A stretch of 64,000 nt of DNA from the IMG/VR virus record IMGVR_UViG_3300044641_007115, positions 62,001 through 126,000 of that record; one strand, written 5' to 3'. Below, piece after piece: positions 1-9,368 of this stretch (within the stretch, counting starts at the first letter, position 1; the number at the start of each line of letters is the position of its first letter). A program made the position numbers and the translations under genes. Below the pieces are notes generated by a model, which saw only the letters and a list, made by a program, of their open reading frames with translations, did no database searches and was not told the origin of the DNA.

Positions 1-572
1 ATGAAGCTATGTCCTTTGCCACCCGGATGGTGTGCGAAGAGATCGGTGGATGCAAGTTCGCATACACCCAAAGCGACGAAGCCAGCTTTCTTGCCACCGA
101 CTACGATACACACGAAACACAGATGTGGTTCGGCGGGAACAAGGCTAAGATCGAAACCATTGCGGCGTCGGCATTCACAGCGTTCTTCAACTACTCCATG
201 ATGAAGATTTCCCCTACTCTCATCGCACAGTTTGATGCCCGCGCCTTCATCATTCCAACACAGCACGAAGTCGTCAACTACTTCATTTGGCGGCAACAGG
301 ATGCCATCCGCAACAGCGTGTCGATGTTGGCCCGTCACCACTTCAGTGCCAAGCGGCTACACAAAGTCTCATCGAAAGATGCTATCGACCTCTTGCGTAA
401 AGAGAAGAAAGTTCGGTGGGAAGAAGATACCCCTGCATGGTTCCGCCGGGGAACTGCCCTCTACAAAAAAGCACCGGGCCGTCACAAAGTCCCAAACTGG
501 TATACTGACAAAAACATCCCGGAGTTCGTCGGGAATCAAAATTTCGTGCGGCAACATATGCCTATCGAATAA
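1..572 (+). CDS. tRNA(His) guanylyltransferase Thg1-like protein (5' part cut by window edge)
   Basis: Thg1/TLP motifs YTQSDE, FDARAF, YFIWRQQDAIRNS, WFRRG. Confidence 0.9.
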   Translation, partial: EAMSFATRMVCEEIGGCKFAYTQSDEASFLATDYDTHETQMWFGGNKAKIETIAASAFTAFFNYSMMKISPTLIAQFDARAFIIPTQHEVVNYFIWRQQDAIRNSVSMLARHHFSAKRLHKVSSKDAIDLLRKEKKVRWEEDTPAWFRRGTALYKKAPGRHKVPNWYTDKNIPEFVGNQNFVRQHMPIE

Positions 573-598
573 AGGAAAGGTGAAACGCCCGTGGTTTT

Positions 599-1441
599 GT
601 GGATTGGTATCGGATCATTTCTGTTAGGGTTGGTCGTAGGATCTGTCATCTGTTTCTTCTACTACCAGAAATCCTTCAGCAAGAAGTTGAAAGGTCTATC
701 AGTTCGTTTTCGCCGCGACTAAATGTCAGCGTGCAACGAATCGACAGACGAATCAAAGGAACTACGATCAATGAACTCTATGCGCCCTATCGGAACGCAT
801 ACGATCTTCTCGAACCGATAAGAGATAGTAGTCTTCGCCCGACCGGTGTATACGACGCCATCATCGCGGATGGTGGCGTCACCAAGAATGGACGCCGGTA
901 CAGCCGCAAGGACTTCCTCAACGCCCAACGTCTATACTTCTCAAACCAGCCTGTCATTGAAGCGGGACAAGATCCTCTTGGCGTCTGCCTTGCCGATGAA
1001 TTCTACCCGGACGGCACGCTACGACTGGATCGCATGATCGGCCAAGTCATCGACATGAAAGTTGTAGACGCGGACAACAGTTGGTATGTGACCATTCGTT
1101 TCGCCATCCATGACATGACCACGCGCGCGAATCCTTGGTACGAAACCATGCAGCCGATCTTCACCAAGCTGCACGGTCACTACAAAGCGATTCCTAGCGG
1201 AATTGTGCCAGACAACTCCGGGGCTATTGTGAACGAGAATGGGGTGGAAGTGGTGACTGGTTTCATGTTGCGGTCGATCATCTTGTCGTGCAACTCCGCA
1301 TTCGAAAAAGCAAACGCGGTTCAGCCGGTATACATGGACGGTGGAAGGATGTCTGCCACCACAACATCCGCGCGCCCGCCGTTGCCACAGCGCCAAACGT
1401 CAATGCAACGCGGGTCAATCTTCGACCGACGACCGATCTAA
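599..1441 (+). CDS. divergent T4 gp21-like prohead protease paralogue, probably inactive
   Basis: TKNGRRYS, EFYP..TLRLDR and NGVEVVTGFML resemble gp21 NRNGRVY, GELxHP..INLDR and G..xV.DF.L; catalytic His and Ser motifs not evident; start uncertain. Confidence 0.5.
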   Translation: MDWYRIISVRVGRRICHLFLLLPEILQQEVERSISSFSPRLNVSVQRIDRRIKGTTINELYAPYRNAYDLLEPIRDSSLRPTGVYDAIIADGGVTKNGRRYSRKDFLNAQRLYFSNQPVIEAGQDPLGVCLADEFYPDGTLRLDRMIGQVIDMKVVDADNSWYVTIRFAIHDMTTRANPWYETMQPIFTKLHGHYKAIPSGIVPDNSGAIVNENGVEVVTGFMLRSIILSCNSAFEKANAVQPVYMDGGRMSATTTSARPPLPQRQTSMQRGSIFDRRPI

Positions 1442-1596
1442 TACGTGACTGTTGCCGTCAACACAGCGGCGGCTATCCAGTATATCGCCCGGCGATAATC
1501 GCCTGAAGCGTAATACCAAACAGCCGCCGCAATGCTCAATCCAATCTGGATTGTTGGGAAAAGTTTCGGTGTGAAAATGATGTCGCGCCAGTTCAT
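1438..1596 (-). CDS. small membrane protein (52 aa, not in ORF track)
   Basis: manual translation MNWRDIIFTPKLFPTIQIGLSIAAAVWYYASGDYRRAIYWIAAAVLTATVTY; abuts upstream gene. Confidence 0.75.
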   Translation of the reverse strand: MNWRDIIFTPKLFPTIQIGLSIAAAVWYYASGDYRRAIYWIAAAVLTATVTY

Positions 1597-1911
1597 TTAG
1601 ACTGCGATTTTCTTACTCATCGCACTCATAATTTTATCGTAACTAGTGAAGGCATCAATTTCCTTTTCGGTCGCCGGACGGACATTCACCTGACCATCCA
1701 CCTTTTGCACCGTGAAGATTCCGCGCGGGTCCTTAAGTTCGACGACTACCGATTGACGTTCCGCCAAAAGCCGGTGAAGCGCCGCCAACATAATTCGCCC
1801 CGTCGCACCCTGATCCAACGCAACGGAAGGTCCACTGTTTGCACTCATTGTCTGTTCTCCTGTTTGCCCAAATTTGGGGTCACCAGTATACTTAGACACA
1901 CTATTCGACAA
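1597..1911 (-). CDS. hypothetical protein
   Basis: ORF tightly coupled to neighbours in a minus-strand run. Confidence 0.6.
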   Translation of the reverse strand: MSNSVSKYTGDPKFGQTGEQTMSANSGPSVALDQGATGRIMLAALHRLLAERQSVVVELKDPRGIFTVQKVDGQVNVRPATEKEIDAFTSYDKIMSAMSKKIAV

Positions 1912-3100
1912 TCAGGCTCATCAGTGACATAGCCGCACGGGTCGTCCCGGCACGCGAAGAAACATAGAAACCGTACTGGCTCCGGGAACTCAGGAAGTCG
2001 CTGTTGACCACGCTGTTGACATCATGCCAATGCACACCGTTCATGGAGATACGGAAGACCCGATCCGCTCCATCGTCTTGGATCTGGAACCAGATCGGCT
2101 GAGCCACCAGACCATACGATGTCGTGAAATATGTCGAGTCAACTGTTGTTTCGTTCGTCCATTTGGTGCCCACCGCACGCAACCATGTGCTTGATCCGAA
2201 GGATGCGCCATAAGTCACAATCCTGCTGTCCGTGCTGTTCCGAAGGAAGATGCCACACTCAGCGGGCGTAGAACCCGTCAGGTATGGATAGAAGGCCGCT
2301 GTGATCTTCCACGGGGCCGCGCTGAGCGATGCTTGCATCAGACGAAGGTTCTCCGACGCTTCCGCCGCCACGGTGTCGATAAACACTCCACCAAGCGAAC
2401 TGGAAGAAACCGCCGATCCGCCTTGGTTGATCCATGAGAACGATCCAAAATTCGGTGTCTCGAACTTCACCAGCGGGCCGAATGATTCGTAGGCAGAACC
2501 CGTTGACCGACGCAAACCGAAACCGGTGCCGGGCAATACCACGCGGCCAGTATTTCCAGTTGCCGGGGAAGGCGCACTTCCATACGCCGTCACGGAAACT
2601 GGATGATCCCACGACCGGCCCGTTGATCCGTCTGTAGACAGGAACCTACCAGCATTGCCACTGGCAGTCGGTAGAAGAGCCGTCACGTCAATCGCAACAC
2701 TGGACGCTGTGGTGATGATACCCTTGGACGACACCTGAACCTGTGCGACCGTCGTGCCGCTTCCATAAGTCGCGCCCGTGACGCCGGAATCGTTTAGATC
2801 GACCGTCGTCTGGTCGTTGCCAGAATCATCCGTCAGAGCGAACCCGGAAGAGAAATTGATCCGGGAACGCTGAGTGAAGGGTGTACCGGCGCGCCGCAAA
2901 GTCTGATATCGAATATCAGTGATATTGGCGATGGTGTGGGTGTGTCCCTCTTTCGACATGGCAAAACCGCCCACTGTCGAGTTGTCGTGAAGGACAAGTG
3001 TCCATTTTGTAGTGTCAACAGTGATTTCGCCAGCCGCGCCGGTAAAGGCGCTGTGGTTCGCAGTTGTACCGCGTCGAAATTGAATCGTGATGCCAGCCAT
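1901..3100 (-). CDS. tail fibre / receptor-binding protein with Mtd_N-like N-terminus
   Basis: N-terminal IQFRRGTTANHSAFTGAAGEITVDT..LHD..TVGG; Ser/Thr/Gly-rich shaft; beta-rich C-terminal domain. Confidence 0.75.
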   Translation of the reverse strand: MAGITIQFRRGTTANHSAFTGAAGEITVDTTKWTLVLHDNSTVGGFAMSKEGHTHTIANITDIRYQTLRRAGTPFTQRSRINFSSGFALTDDSGNDQTTVDLNDSGVTGATYGSGTTVAQVQVSSKGIITTASSVAIDVTALLPTASGNAGRFLSTDGSTGRSWDHPVSVTAYGSAPSPATGNTGRVVLPGTGFGLRRSTGSAYESFGPLVKFETPNFGSFSWINQGGSAVSSSSLGGVFIDTVAAEASENLRLMQASLSAAPWKITAAFYPYLTGSTPAECGIFLRNSTDSRIVTYGASFGSSTWLRAVGTKWTNETTVDSTYFTTSYGLVAQPIWFQIQDDGADRVFRISMNGVHWHDVNSVVNSDFLSSRSQYGFYVSSRAGTTRAAMSLMSLIVE

Positions 3101-3103
3101 GTC

Positions 3104-3361
3104 TTATCGCTCCGTTTGACCGCCCGCGCCCACAATCGGAGCACGCCGGATCATGAATGCGATGGATTCGTCCAGATCCCATACGCCGGGATGACCGACG
3201 ACCAAAGACTGAAGCACACCATTGATCTGATGTTCAAGAGCATCACGCTCCTTGATCCACCGGCGCAAAAGAGTTTGCACAGCGGGTTGAATCGGAAGCT
3301 GGTCGCCTTGTTCGAGTCGGATTTCGGAAGGGGAGTCTTGGTCAACGAAAATAGGTTCCAT
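3104..3361 (-). CDS. hypothetical protein
   Basis: ORF preceded by late-like TCTAAATT 6 nt upstream of ATG. Confidence 0.55.
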   Translation of the reverse strand: MEPIFVDQDSPSEIRLEQGDQLPIQPAVQTLLRRWIKERDALEHQINGVLQSLVVGHPGVWDLDESIAFMIRRAPIVGAGGQTER

Positions 3362-3413
3362 CACTTCAATTTAGACACCACGGAAATGGCATCTTTTGAA
3401 GTGATGGAACCTA

Positions 3414-3632
3414 TTAGACTGGCAGTTGCGATGGTTCGGTCAATTTGGCTTGACACATCATACACGTGTGCTCAACAGCTTGTTCTTCCGTGAACACACG
3501 GCGATACCGGTCCATCGTCACCGGTTCGCCCTTGTGGTTGTTGAACTTGGCGGGCAGACACTTGAAATGCGTGAAACCGCGTTTGGTCAAAGTGCCCGGA
3601 CCACCCAATTCGTAAACCACATGGTATCTCAT
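3414..3632 (-). CDS. hypothetical protein (leaderless start MRYHVVYELGG)
   Basis: ATG 6 nt after a sigma70 -10 element. Confidence 0.6.
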   Translation of the reverse strand: MRYHVVYELGGPGTLTKRGFTHFKCLPAKFNNHKGEPVTMDRYRRVFTEEQAVEHTCMMCQAKLTEPSQLPV

Positions 3633-3638
3633 GACTCC

Positions 3639-3667
3639 ATCATAATGAATCACAAACTATATGTCAA
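3639..3667 (-). promoter_or_regulatory. sigma70-type early promoter TTGACA-17-TATGAT
   Basis: consensus -35 with the phage TTGACATATAG extension. Confidence 0.75.
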
Positions 3668-3906
3668 GCCCCATTTTGGTTGTTGGTGTCGAACTTGATC
3701 CCGATCAGAACTTCGATGCTTTCGATCTTGTGTTTGATCGTTTGCAATTGTTCCGCTACGGACGCCGCGTCCATTTTCACCCACATCCGGCGCAACAACC
3801 GGAACTGATTGTCAATATCGGCAAACAGTTGATCTGCAACGACTCGATTCTCTTCGACGATGTTCAGAAATTTGTTGTGTGGTAATCCTTTATGCGGCAT
3901 GCGCAT
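3664..3906 (-). CDS. hypothetical coiled-coil protein
   Basis: ORF overlaps the stop of the upstream gene. Confidence 0.55.
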   Translation of the reverse strand: MRMPHKGLPHNKFLNIVEENRVVADQLFADIDNQFRLLRRMWVKMDAASVAEQLQTIKHKIESIEVLIGIKFDTNNQNGA

Positions 3907-4666
3907 CGATCCTCAAATGCTTCCTCAAAATGTACCGGGCCAGATCCCGAATGGCTTGCTTATCTGGTTCATCCGGTAGAGAACTTGCGGAAGCTGCTTC
4001 TTTAGATGCTTCTAACAGCCGCAAGATTTCATCCCGGCCTTGCTCATACGTCCACGCGCCTTCGCGGATGGCCTTCAATTCTTCTGCGTCGATCCCGCGC
4101 CGGTCTACCATCAGCACCGCACCATTGCATGAGAAGAACTCTCCGATCATGCGGGCAAGACGAACGGCGTGGTACATGTACTTCGTATCGAAACCGAACT
4201 TGTCACGGATGGCTTTACGCTTGGCACCCATCCGACCAGTCGCCGGGTTGTCTACACCCATCTTCTCAAGCTGGCGGAAAGCGTATCCGGCGAAACTGTC
4301 GATGGCCCTCTTCGAATTGAAAATGCGACGATTTTCGATGAGCACCTGTCCCAACGGGTCAACATGCTCATATTGAGAAACCCACAACAGAGGGATCACG
4401 TTGGGATTGAAATTTTGACAGAGACGCATGAACTTCGTGAGTTCATATGACGTTTCTTCCGACAACAAATTGCCGTCTTCGTCTTTCTCTTTTTTCTCCA
4501 TCGTGCCCTGCGATCCAAACCAGTCGAGTGACAGGTAAACTTGATCGGATGCGGCGACGACTTCCATGAAATCTGTGTCGGATTCCGGTGTCGATGTGCC
4601 ATAAGCATGACTACCGACTTGCGCTCTGATTAGGGTCCTTTCTGGAATTAACTGTGGAACTTGCAT
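3890..4666 (-). CDS. Pol-beta superfamily nucleotidyltransferase (RlaP/YcgL-like)
   Basis: GSHAYGTSTPESDTD motif, NPN, K.MYHAVRL, SSLP..PD. Confidence 0.85.
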   Translation of the reverse strand: MQVPQLIPERTLIRAQVGSHAYGTSTPESDTDFMEVVAASDQVYLSLDWFGSQGTMEKKEKDEDGNLLSEETSYELTKFMRLCQNFNPNVIPLLWVSQYEHVDPLGQVLIENRRIFNSKRAIDSFAGYAFRQLEKMGVDNPATGRMGAKRKAIRDKFGFDTKYMYHAVRLARMIGEFFSCNGAVLMVDRRGIDAEELKAIREGAWTYEQGRDEILRLLEASKEAASASSLPDEPDKQAIRDLARYILRKHLRIDAHAA

Positions 4667-4704
4667 GGGAATATCGAACTAGAGTCCGTATAAACAATCA
4701 TCAC

Positions 4705-5214
4705 ATGGCAAAGAAAACACAACTTTCCTTTTACAAGGTCAATCCCAACGCGGAAGCGCCCGCCTATGGAACCCAAGACTCTGCATGCTTCGATTTCAAA
4801 GCGTGTCTCATCGGTGAACGAGTAAGAGGGTTCGACCGCAACAACAAGGAATTCATCACACCGCTCAGCAACAAAATCGTCATCAATCCCGGCGAACGTG
4901 TTCTGGTCCCGACTGGTTTGATTCTTGACATCCCGGAAGGGTATTCTGTCCGTCTGCACGCCCGTTCCGGGTTGAGTCTCAAGCAAGGTCTGGTCTTAGC
5001 CAATGCGGAAGGCGTCATCGATAGTGACTATGTTGATCCCACGTTCATCATGATTACGAACATGTCCACGGTAATGGCTGACATCAAACACGGCGACCGT
5101 ATCGCACAAGGAGAATTGGTTCCCGTCTACCCGGCAGAGTTCAAGGAAATCAAAGAAGCACCCGGCAAGAAAACTGACCGACAAGGCGGTCTTGGGTCAA
5201 CCGGCGTCAAGTAG
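4705..5214 (+). CDS. dut: trimeric dUTPase
   Basis: motifs ACFD, RSGL, GVIDSDY, RIAQG, RQGGLGSTG. Confidence 0.95.
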   Translation: MAKKTQLSFYKVNPNAEAPAYGTQDSACFDFKACLIGERVRGFDRNNKEFITPLSNKIVINPGERVLVPTGLILDIPEGYSVRLHARSGLSLKQGLVLANAEGVIDSDYVDPTFIMITNMSTVMADIKHGDRIAQGELVPVYPAEFKEIKEAPGKKTDRQGGLGSTGVK

Positions 5215-5220
5215 CCCCGG

Positions 5221-5249
5221 TTGACATATAAGTCGTTCTGTGCTATAAT
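5221..5249 (+). promoter_or_regulatory. perfect sigma70 promoter TTGACA-17-TGnTATAAT, leaderless
   Basis: exact consensus; ATG at 5255. Confidence 0.9.
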
Positions 5250-5254
5250 GGGAT

Positions 5255-5734
5255 ATGCGCCATCTCATCCAGCCCAATTCTAGGACTTGCGGACAAACAT
5301 GCGTTGCGATGGCGGCTGGTATTGACATAGAAGCCGCCATCAAGCTGTTTGGTCACAAACACGGCACCAGCACGCGAAGCATGGTCCGTGTCCTACGTCA
5401 CCTTGGATTCAAACCGGCGGCATGTTTACAAAGGATCACTCCCGACCGGCCCATGCCGAAACGGTCCATTTGCAAGATGCGTTTCCGCCGCCGGGATGGG
5501 CGTGGATGGAAATCCGGGTGGCATTGGGTTCTGATATGGGACGGCGTGTTGTACGATCCGCTTGGTCCTGACTTCGAACACAAAGGGCAGTTCCAACTTT
5601 CCTCATTCTTGGATCTGACCCATCGTACAATAGAGAAGAATGAACTGGAACACAACAAATCTATGGAAGGTCACGTTCGCAACCATCGGCGTCGGCATCT
5701 TCCTGAATGCGATGCACTGGCCGAAAGTCGGTGA
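5255..5734 (+). CDS. C39-like cysteine peptidase
   Basis: Q..TCGQTCVAM, HWVL, YDP. Confidence 0.7.
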   Translation: MRHLIQPNSRTCGQTCVAMAAGIDIEAAIKLFGHKHGTSTRSMVRVLRHLGFKPAACLQRITPDRPMPKRSICKMRFRRRDGRGWKSGWHWVLIWDGVLYDPLGPDFEHKGQFQLSSFLDLTHRTIEKNELEHNKSMEGHVRNHRRRHLPECDALAESR

Positions 5735-5828
5735 ATTCATCGGCATCATCGGCGGCATTGCTTTCATCATAATGTGCTGTGCCCGTTTCGAAGACGTGCA
5801 AAAATTTCTGGACAGAAACAACAAATAG
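5640..5828 (+). CDS. small two-helix membrane protein
   Basis: two hydrophobic segments; overlaps the tail of the previous ORF. Confidence 0.55.
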   Translation: MNWNTTNLWKVTFATIGVGIFLNAMHWPKVGEFIGIIGGIAFIIMCCARFEDVQKFLDRNNK

Positions 5829-5880
5829 CGTCTATATACCTTTCGGATGCCGCATGGCGGGTCCATAGGAGATAGAAACA

Positions 5881-6312
5881 ATGTTCAACAGTCTAGTAAC
5901 TTTCCCTGCCTCTTCAACTCAATGGGGCACCCTTCAAAAAGAAATCTTCGACGCTTTCCGTGACTTCGGTTTCGAGATCATCGGCGGCGATCAGAAGTTC
6001 CCGATCTACAACTGCCGGTACAACGAAGCCAAGGAACTCATCCTTGACTTGGCCGTCGCCGGGTACAGCAAAGATCGCTTGTCCGTCGAACTGGTGGACC
6101 GTGACACGCTGGTAGTCAAGGGAGAGGGTGACACCAACATCTCTTCTGATTTCTTCACCATCCGCAACATCAGCAACAAGAGTTTCACGAAAAGTTTCCG
6201 GCTCTCCCGCGAAGTGGATATCAAATCCGTCACGCTGGAAAACGGAATCCTCAGTGTGACTATGAGTGTGCTTGGTGAGAAGGACAATCGGAAAGTCTTC
6301 AAGCCCGCATAA
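5881..6312 (+). CDS. small heat-shock protein Hsp20
   Basis: P.YN, LAVAGY, FTKSFRL, LENGILSV; AGGAG SD. Confidence 0.9.
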   Translation: MFNSLVTFPASSTQWGTLQKEIFDAFRDFGFEIIGGDQKFPIYNCRYNEAKELILDLAVAGYSKDRLSVELVDRDTLVVKGEGDTNISSDFFTIRNISNKSFTKSFRLSREVDIKSVTLENGILSVTMSVLGEKDNRKVFKPA

Positions 6313-6317
6313 CCCTT

Positions 6318-6350
6318 CGCGCGGGCGTGCTCACGCGGGTGCGCCCGCGC
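6318..6350. terminator. GC-rich hairpin after hsp20
   Basis: gcgcgggcgtgc / gtgcgcccgcgc inverted repeat; no U-tract. Confidence 0.45.
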
Positions 6351-6368
6351 ATCCCATAAATACGTTCG

Positions 6369-7163
6369 ATGCTCAGCTTTCAATCTTTTCTGGCCGAAGT
6401 GTCGAACGCGGAAGCGACCGTAATCAATCTTCTTCGTCTGGCCGATAAACCCGGTACTCCGCAAGAAGGTGCCGTCGCCTTGGCCCAAGCCAAAAAACTG
6501 GCCGCGAAACACGGCTTGAATATCGATGACTTGCGTGCCAAGATGAACGCTCAGCCGCCCCGATCAGCATCCAGCGGCGGATACGATCCACGAAAGAGCG
6601 AAGGTGTGGATGCTGTGTTCGCGATGTGGGAAGCCACCATTCGCGACGCTGATGACCATCATCATGGGTTCCAGTTCACCAAGATGGCCGGTAGTGGTTC
6701 AGACATTTACCGCATCTACAAGAGTTCCAAGTATCCTGATTACGAACTCCGCATCTTCCTCTATCACTTTGAACTGTGGAAGAAAGATCAGGAGATTGCC
6801 AGTGGCACCGGCCACGGTCGAGTAGGCGCATTCCGCATGGTTCTGATTTCGATGGACTACATCAAACGGATCACAGAATGGGCGGAACAAATCCGTACCA
6901 TCGCGGAGAAGGCCGGATACGTGGTCTTCAAAGAACCCGCCGGTCATAACGGATATGAGACATGGTTGCACCACAAAAAGAACAATCGCTTCATCGTGCG
7001 CATCTATGGATACAACACCGACAAAAATGATCGCAGTCGGGGTTCAGCCGTCGCGTTCGATGAGAAGTCCAGTGTACCTATTTTCGCCAAAGCTACAGAA
7101 GACAACCCAAAATCGATCAAGACATTTACCGCCGCTTTGAAAGCCAACAAACCGGTAAAATAG
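6369..7163 (+). CDS. DUF2786-domain protein with capsid-targeting-like N-terminus
   Basis: MLSFQSFLAE; LLRLADKPGTPQEGAVALAQAKKLAAKHGL; late promoter CATAAATA 6 nt upstream. Confidence 0.7.
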   Translation: MLSFQSFLAEVSNAEATVINLLRLADKPGTPQEGAVALAQAKKLAAKHGLNIDDLRAKMNAQPPRSASSGGYDPRKSEGVDAVFAMWEATIRDADDHHHGFQFTKMAGSGSDIYRIYKSSKYPDYELRIFLYHFELWKKDQEIASGTGHGRVGAFRMVLISMDYIKRITEWAEQIRTIAEKAGYVVFKEPAGHNGYETWLHHKKNNRFIVRIYGYNTDKNDRSRGSAVAFDEKSSVPIFAKATEDNPKSIKTFTAALKANKPVK

Positions 7164-7167
7164 AACA

Positions 7168-7482
7168 ATGGAAGGAATCACGACCGATTACTACGATTGC
7201 TCCTGTCACTCTTCGGACCACACGTTGCGGTTCACGCTACACGAAGAGCACATGGGAGACGAACCGGGACTGTACAGTGAAGTACAACTTCAACAATACC
7301 GCCCGTGGTATACGCGCATTTGGCCCGCAATCAAATACATCTTTGGTTACGAATGCCGGTATGGTCATTGGGATTGTTTCCTCTTCGAAAAGGAAACCGC
7401 CATCCGCATGCGCGACTTACTCAACCGGTATCTGAAAATGCTCGAAGAGCACGAAGCTAAGACTTCGCAAGGATCTGATTGA
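7168..7482 (+). CDS. hypothetical phage protein
   Basis: CxCxxxxH near N-terminus; coupled ORF. Confidence 0.7.
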   Translation: MEGITTDYYDCSCHSSDHTLRFTLHEEHMGDEPGLYSEVQLQQYRPWYTRIWPAIKYIFGYECRYGHWDCFLFEKETAIRMRDLLNRYLKMLEEHEAKTSQGSD

Positions 7483-7825
7483 TTTTCTCTTTGTAATTCT
7501 CCACCGGCAAAACGTGAATTGGAACGTGTTCCGTATCCACCATTTTCCAATGGCGTCCCCAATTGTATTGTTTGAAGTTGTGCCCGCGAACAATCTGACC
7601 ACGATTGACTTTGACTAAGCCAATCTTCTCCATCTTCAGAATGCTCTTCAATTCGTTCTTGTTCGCGCCGGGGACATATCCCTCTTTGTCTTTCTTCGAT
7701 ACCGCAACGATCTGCCTGAACAGCTTGGCGTCGTTGACATTGAACACGACACCGCCGGGCAACCGAATTTCCTTCCGTTCCTTTGGTTTGTCTTCCGCTT
7801 CGTTAAAGGCTTGAAAAGATTTCAT
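7457..7825 (-). CDS. putative internal head protein
   Basis: N-terminus MKSFQAFNE resembles T4 capsid-targeting sequence. Confidence 0.65.
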   Translation of the reverse strand: MKSFQAFNEAEDKPKERKEIRLPGGVVFNVNDAKLFRQIVAVSKKDKEGYVPGANKNELKSILKMEKIGLVKVNRGQIVRGHNFKQYNWGRHWKMVDTEHVPIHVLPVENYKEKINQILAKS

Positions 7826-7827
7826 CA

Positions 7828-9339
7828 CTAATCCTTCGGATCGTTGAATTTGTTCTTGAACTGGTTCATCGCCTTCAGAAGTTCTTCAGCGGTATGGCCG
7901 TCTTTCAACGTCAGCGTGCTGTTGCTACCCATACCCATATTCCAATGTTTCTGAAGTGACCAGCGGCCCGTTTTCGGATCAACCACGGCGAAATACTTGC
8001 CGCCTTTGCTGCTGAAATACTCTTTCGTCGGATCGGGCCGATCCAACACTTTGTCGTCCGGGCGGAATCCGAACTGGCCCAAGATGTTGACGATCTTGTC
8101 GAAACCCATTTCGGCTTTCTTCATCAATGCTGATAGCGACCGCTCTAAGGTGTCGGCATCCTTACCCTGTGCTTTGTCACCCAACAGAGATTTGATGTCG
8201 TGGGCGGGCCGCATACCGCCGCCGGGACCCTCTTTACGGACGAACTCAGCCGTAATCATCCACCAGACTTCATCGTCTTTCTTCATCGCGCCGCGCATCT
8301 TGTTCGGACCAAACATGACCCGAAGCATTTCCACGGTGTTTGTCCAGATGTGCTGATTGCCTTGTTTGTCGAAGGGACGGAATCCGAAACTGGTCAACAC
8401 CTTGACCATGTTGTTGATTTCGTTGTGAACCGAGAACGCGGCTTCTCCGCTCTTTCTCTTTGTTGTCACCCACTTCTCAAAAGATTGTGGTCCTTTGTTC
8501 TTCTGGTCGAAACGCTTTGTGTCCAGTTTCCACTTGTTCGAAGCGCTTCCACCCTGACGGGTTTCGTGCCACCAAGCACCATCCGGCCCGACAATCAGCC
8601 GGTATGGATCACTGACCATTTCGCGGTACGATTCTCCCGTGTTGGCGGGTTTCAAAACATATCCGTGCTTCTCTGCGACTCGAACAACAGCTTCAGCTTC
8701 AGCGGTCAGCTTTTGAGCGTTGTTGTATGCCTTCTGTTCCTTTTCCCGTTGTTCCGCTTCCCGTTTGACTCTCAACCCCTTCCAGTCCACGGAGCGAAGC
8801 GCACCGATCAAATCCTGTGCGTTTGTACTCTTGGCAAGCACGTCATCCTTCGAATAACCGCCCGGACGACCGGTCGGGTCGGCATGGACCAAATACCACA
8901 TGATCGGACGTTCTCTTTCATTCTGGATGGGGAGAACAACCAACACAAAGGTTCCCTCATGAGATACACCCCACACAACAACTTCGGAACCGAACTGAGC
9001 ATAGGTGGTCCCGGAACGCATCCGTTCCCCTTTCCCTTTATGGCGGGCACCGGGGACATGACTCATGATGGTGTTGATTTCGATGAACAGCCGGTCAGCC
9101 GGATGAGTAGACGCGGAATTCGACGGCGACCGGCGCACGCTCTGTTGCTTCATCATCGACCGGGCGACTTCCAGATCGATATTGTTCTTTTTCGCTAGTG
9201 CGGTGGCTTGCGCTAAAGCGACTTCGCCTTCGTGGGGAGATCCGGGACGATCAGCAAGCGCCAATAGCTTGATGATGGTGTCCATCGCGTCCCGTTCGCT
9301 CAGAAGTTGTTCACGAAGATAGGTCAGAAAGCCACTCAT
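7828..9339 (-). CDS. DUF2786-domain protein with repeated C-terminal modules, putative internal protein
   Basis: IIKLLALADRPGSPHEGEVALAQATALAKKNNI; late promoter GGTAAATA 6 nt upstream of ATG. Confidence 0.7.
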   Translation of the reverse strand: MSGFLTYLREQLLSERDAMDTIIKLLALADRPGSPHEGEVALAQATALAKKNNIDLEVARSMMKQQSVRRSPSNSASTHPADRLFIEINTIMSHVPGARHKGKGERMRSGTTYAQFGSEVVVWGVSHEGTFVLVVLPIQNERERPIMWYLVHADPTGRPGGYSKDDVLAKSTNAQDLIGALRSVDWKGLRVKREAEQREKEQKAYNNAQKLTAEAEAVVRVAEKHGYVLKPANTGESYREMVSDPYRLIVGPDGAWWHETRQGGSASNKWKLDTKRFDQKNKGPQSFEKWVTTKRKSGEAAFSVHNEINNMVKVLTSFGFRPFDKQGNQHIWTNTVEMLRVMFGPNKMRGAMKKDDEVWWMITAEFVRKEGPGGGMRPAHDIKSLLGDKAQGKDADTLERSLSALMKKAEMGFDKIVNILGQFGFRPDDKVLDRPDPTKEYFSSKGGKYFAVVDPKTGRWSLQKHWNMGMGSNSTLTLKDGHTAEELLKAMNQFKNKFNDPKD

Positions 9340-9368
9340 AGTAGCTATTTACCATTTCCGGGAACAGT

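Noticed and set aside
1901-3100. Diversity-generating retroelement suggested by the Mtd_N-like domain
   Set aside because: No reverse transcriptase or template/variable repeat pair seen in the window; Mtd_N is a common fibre anchor.
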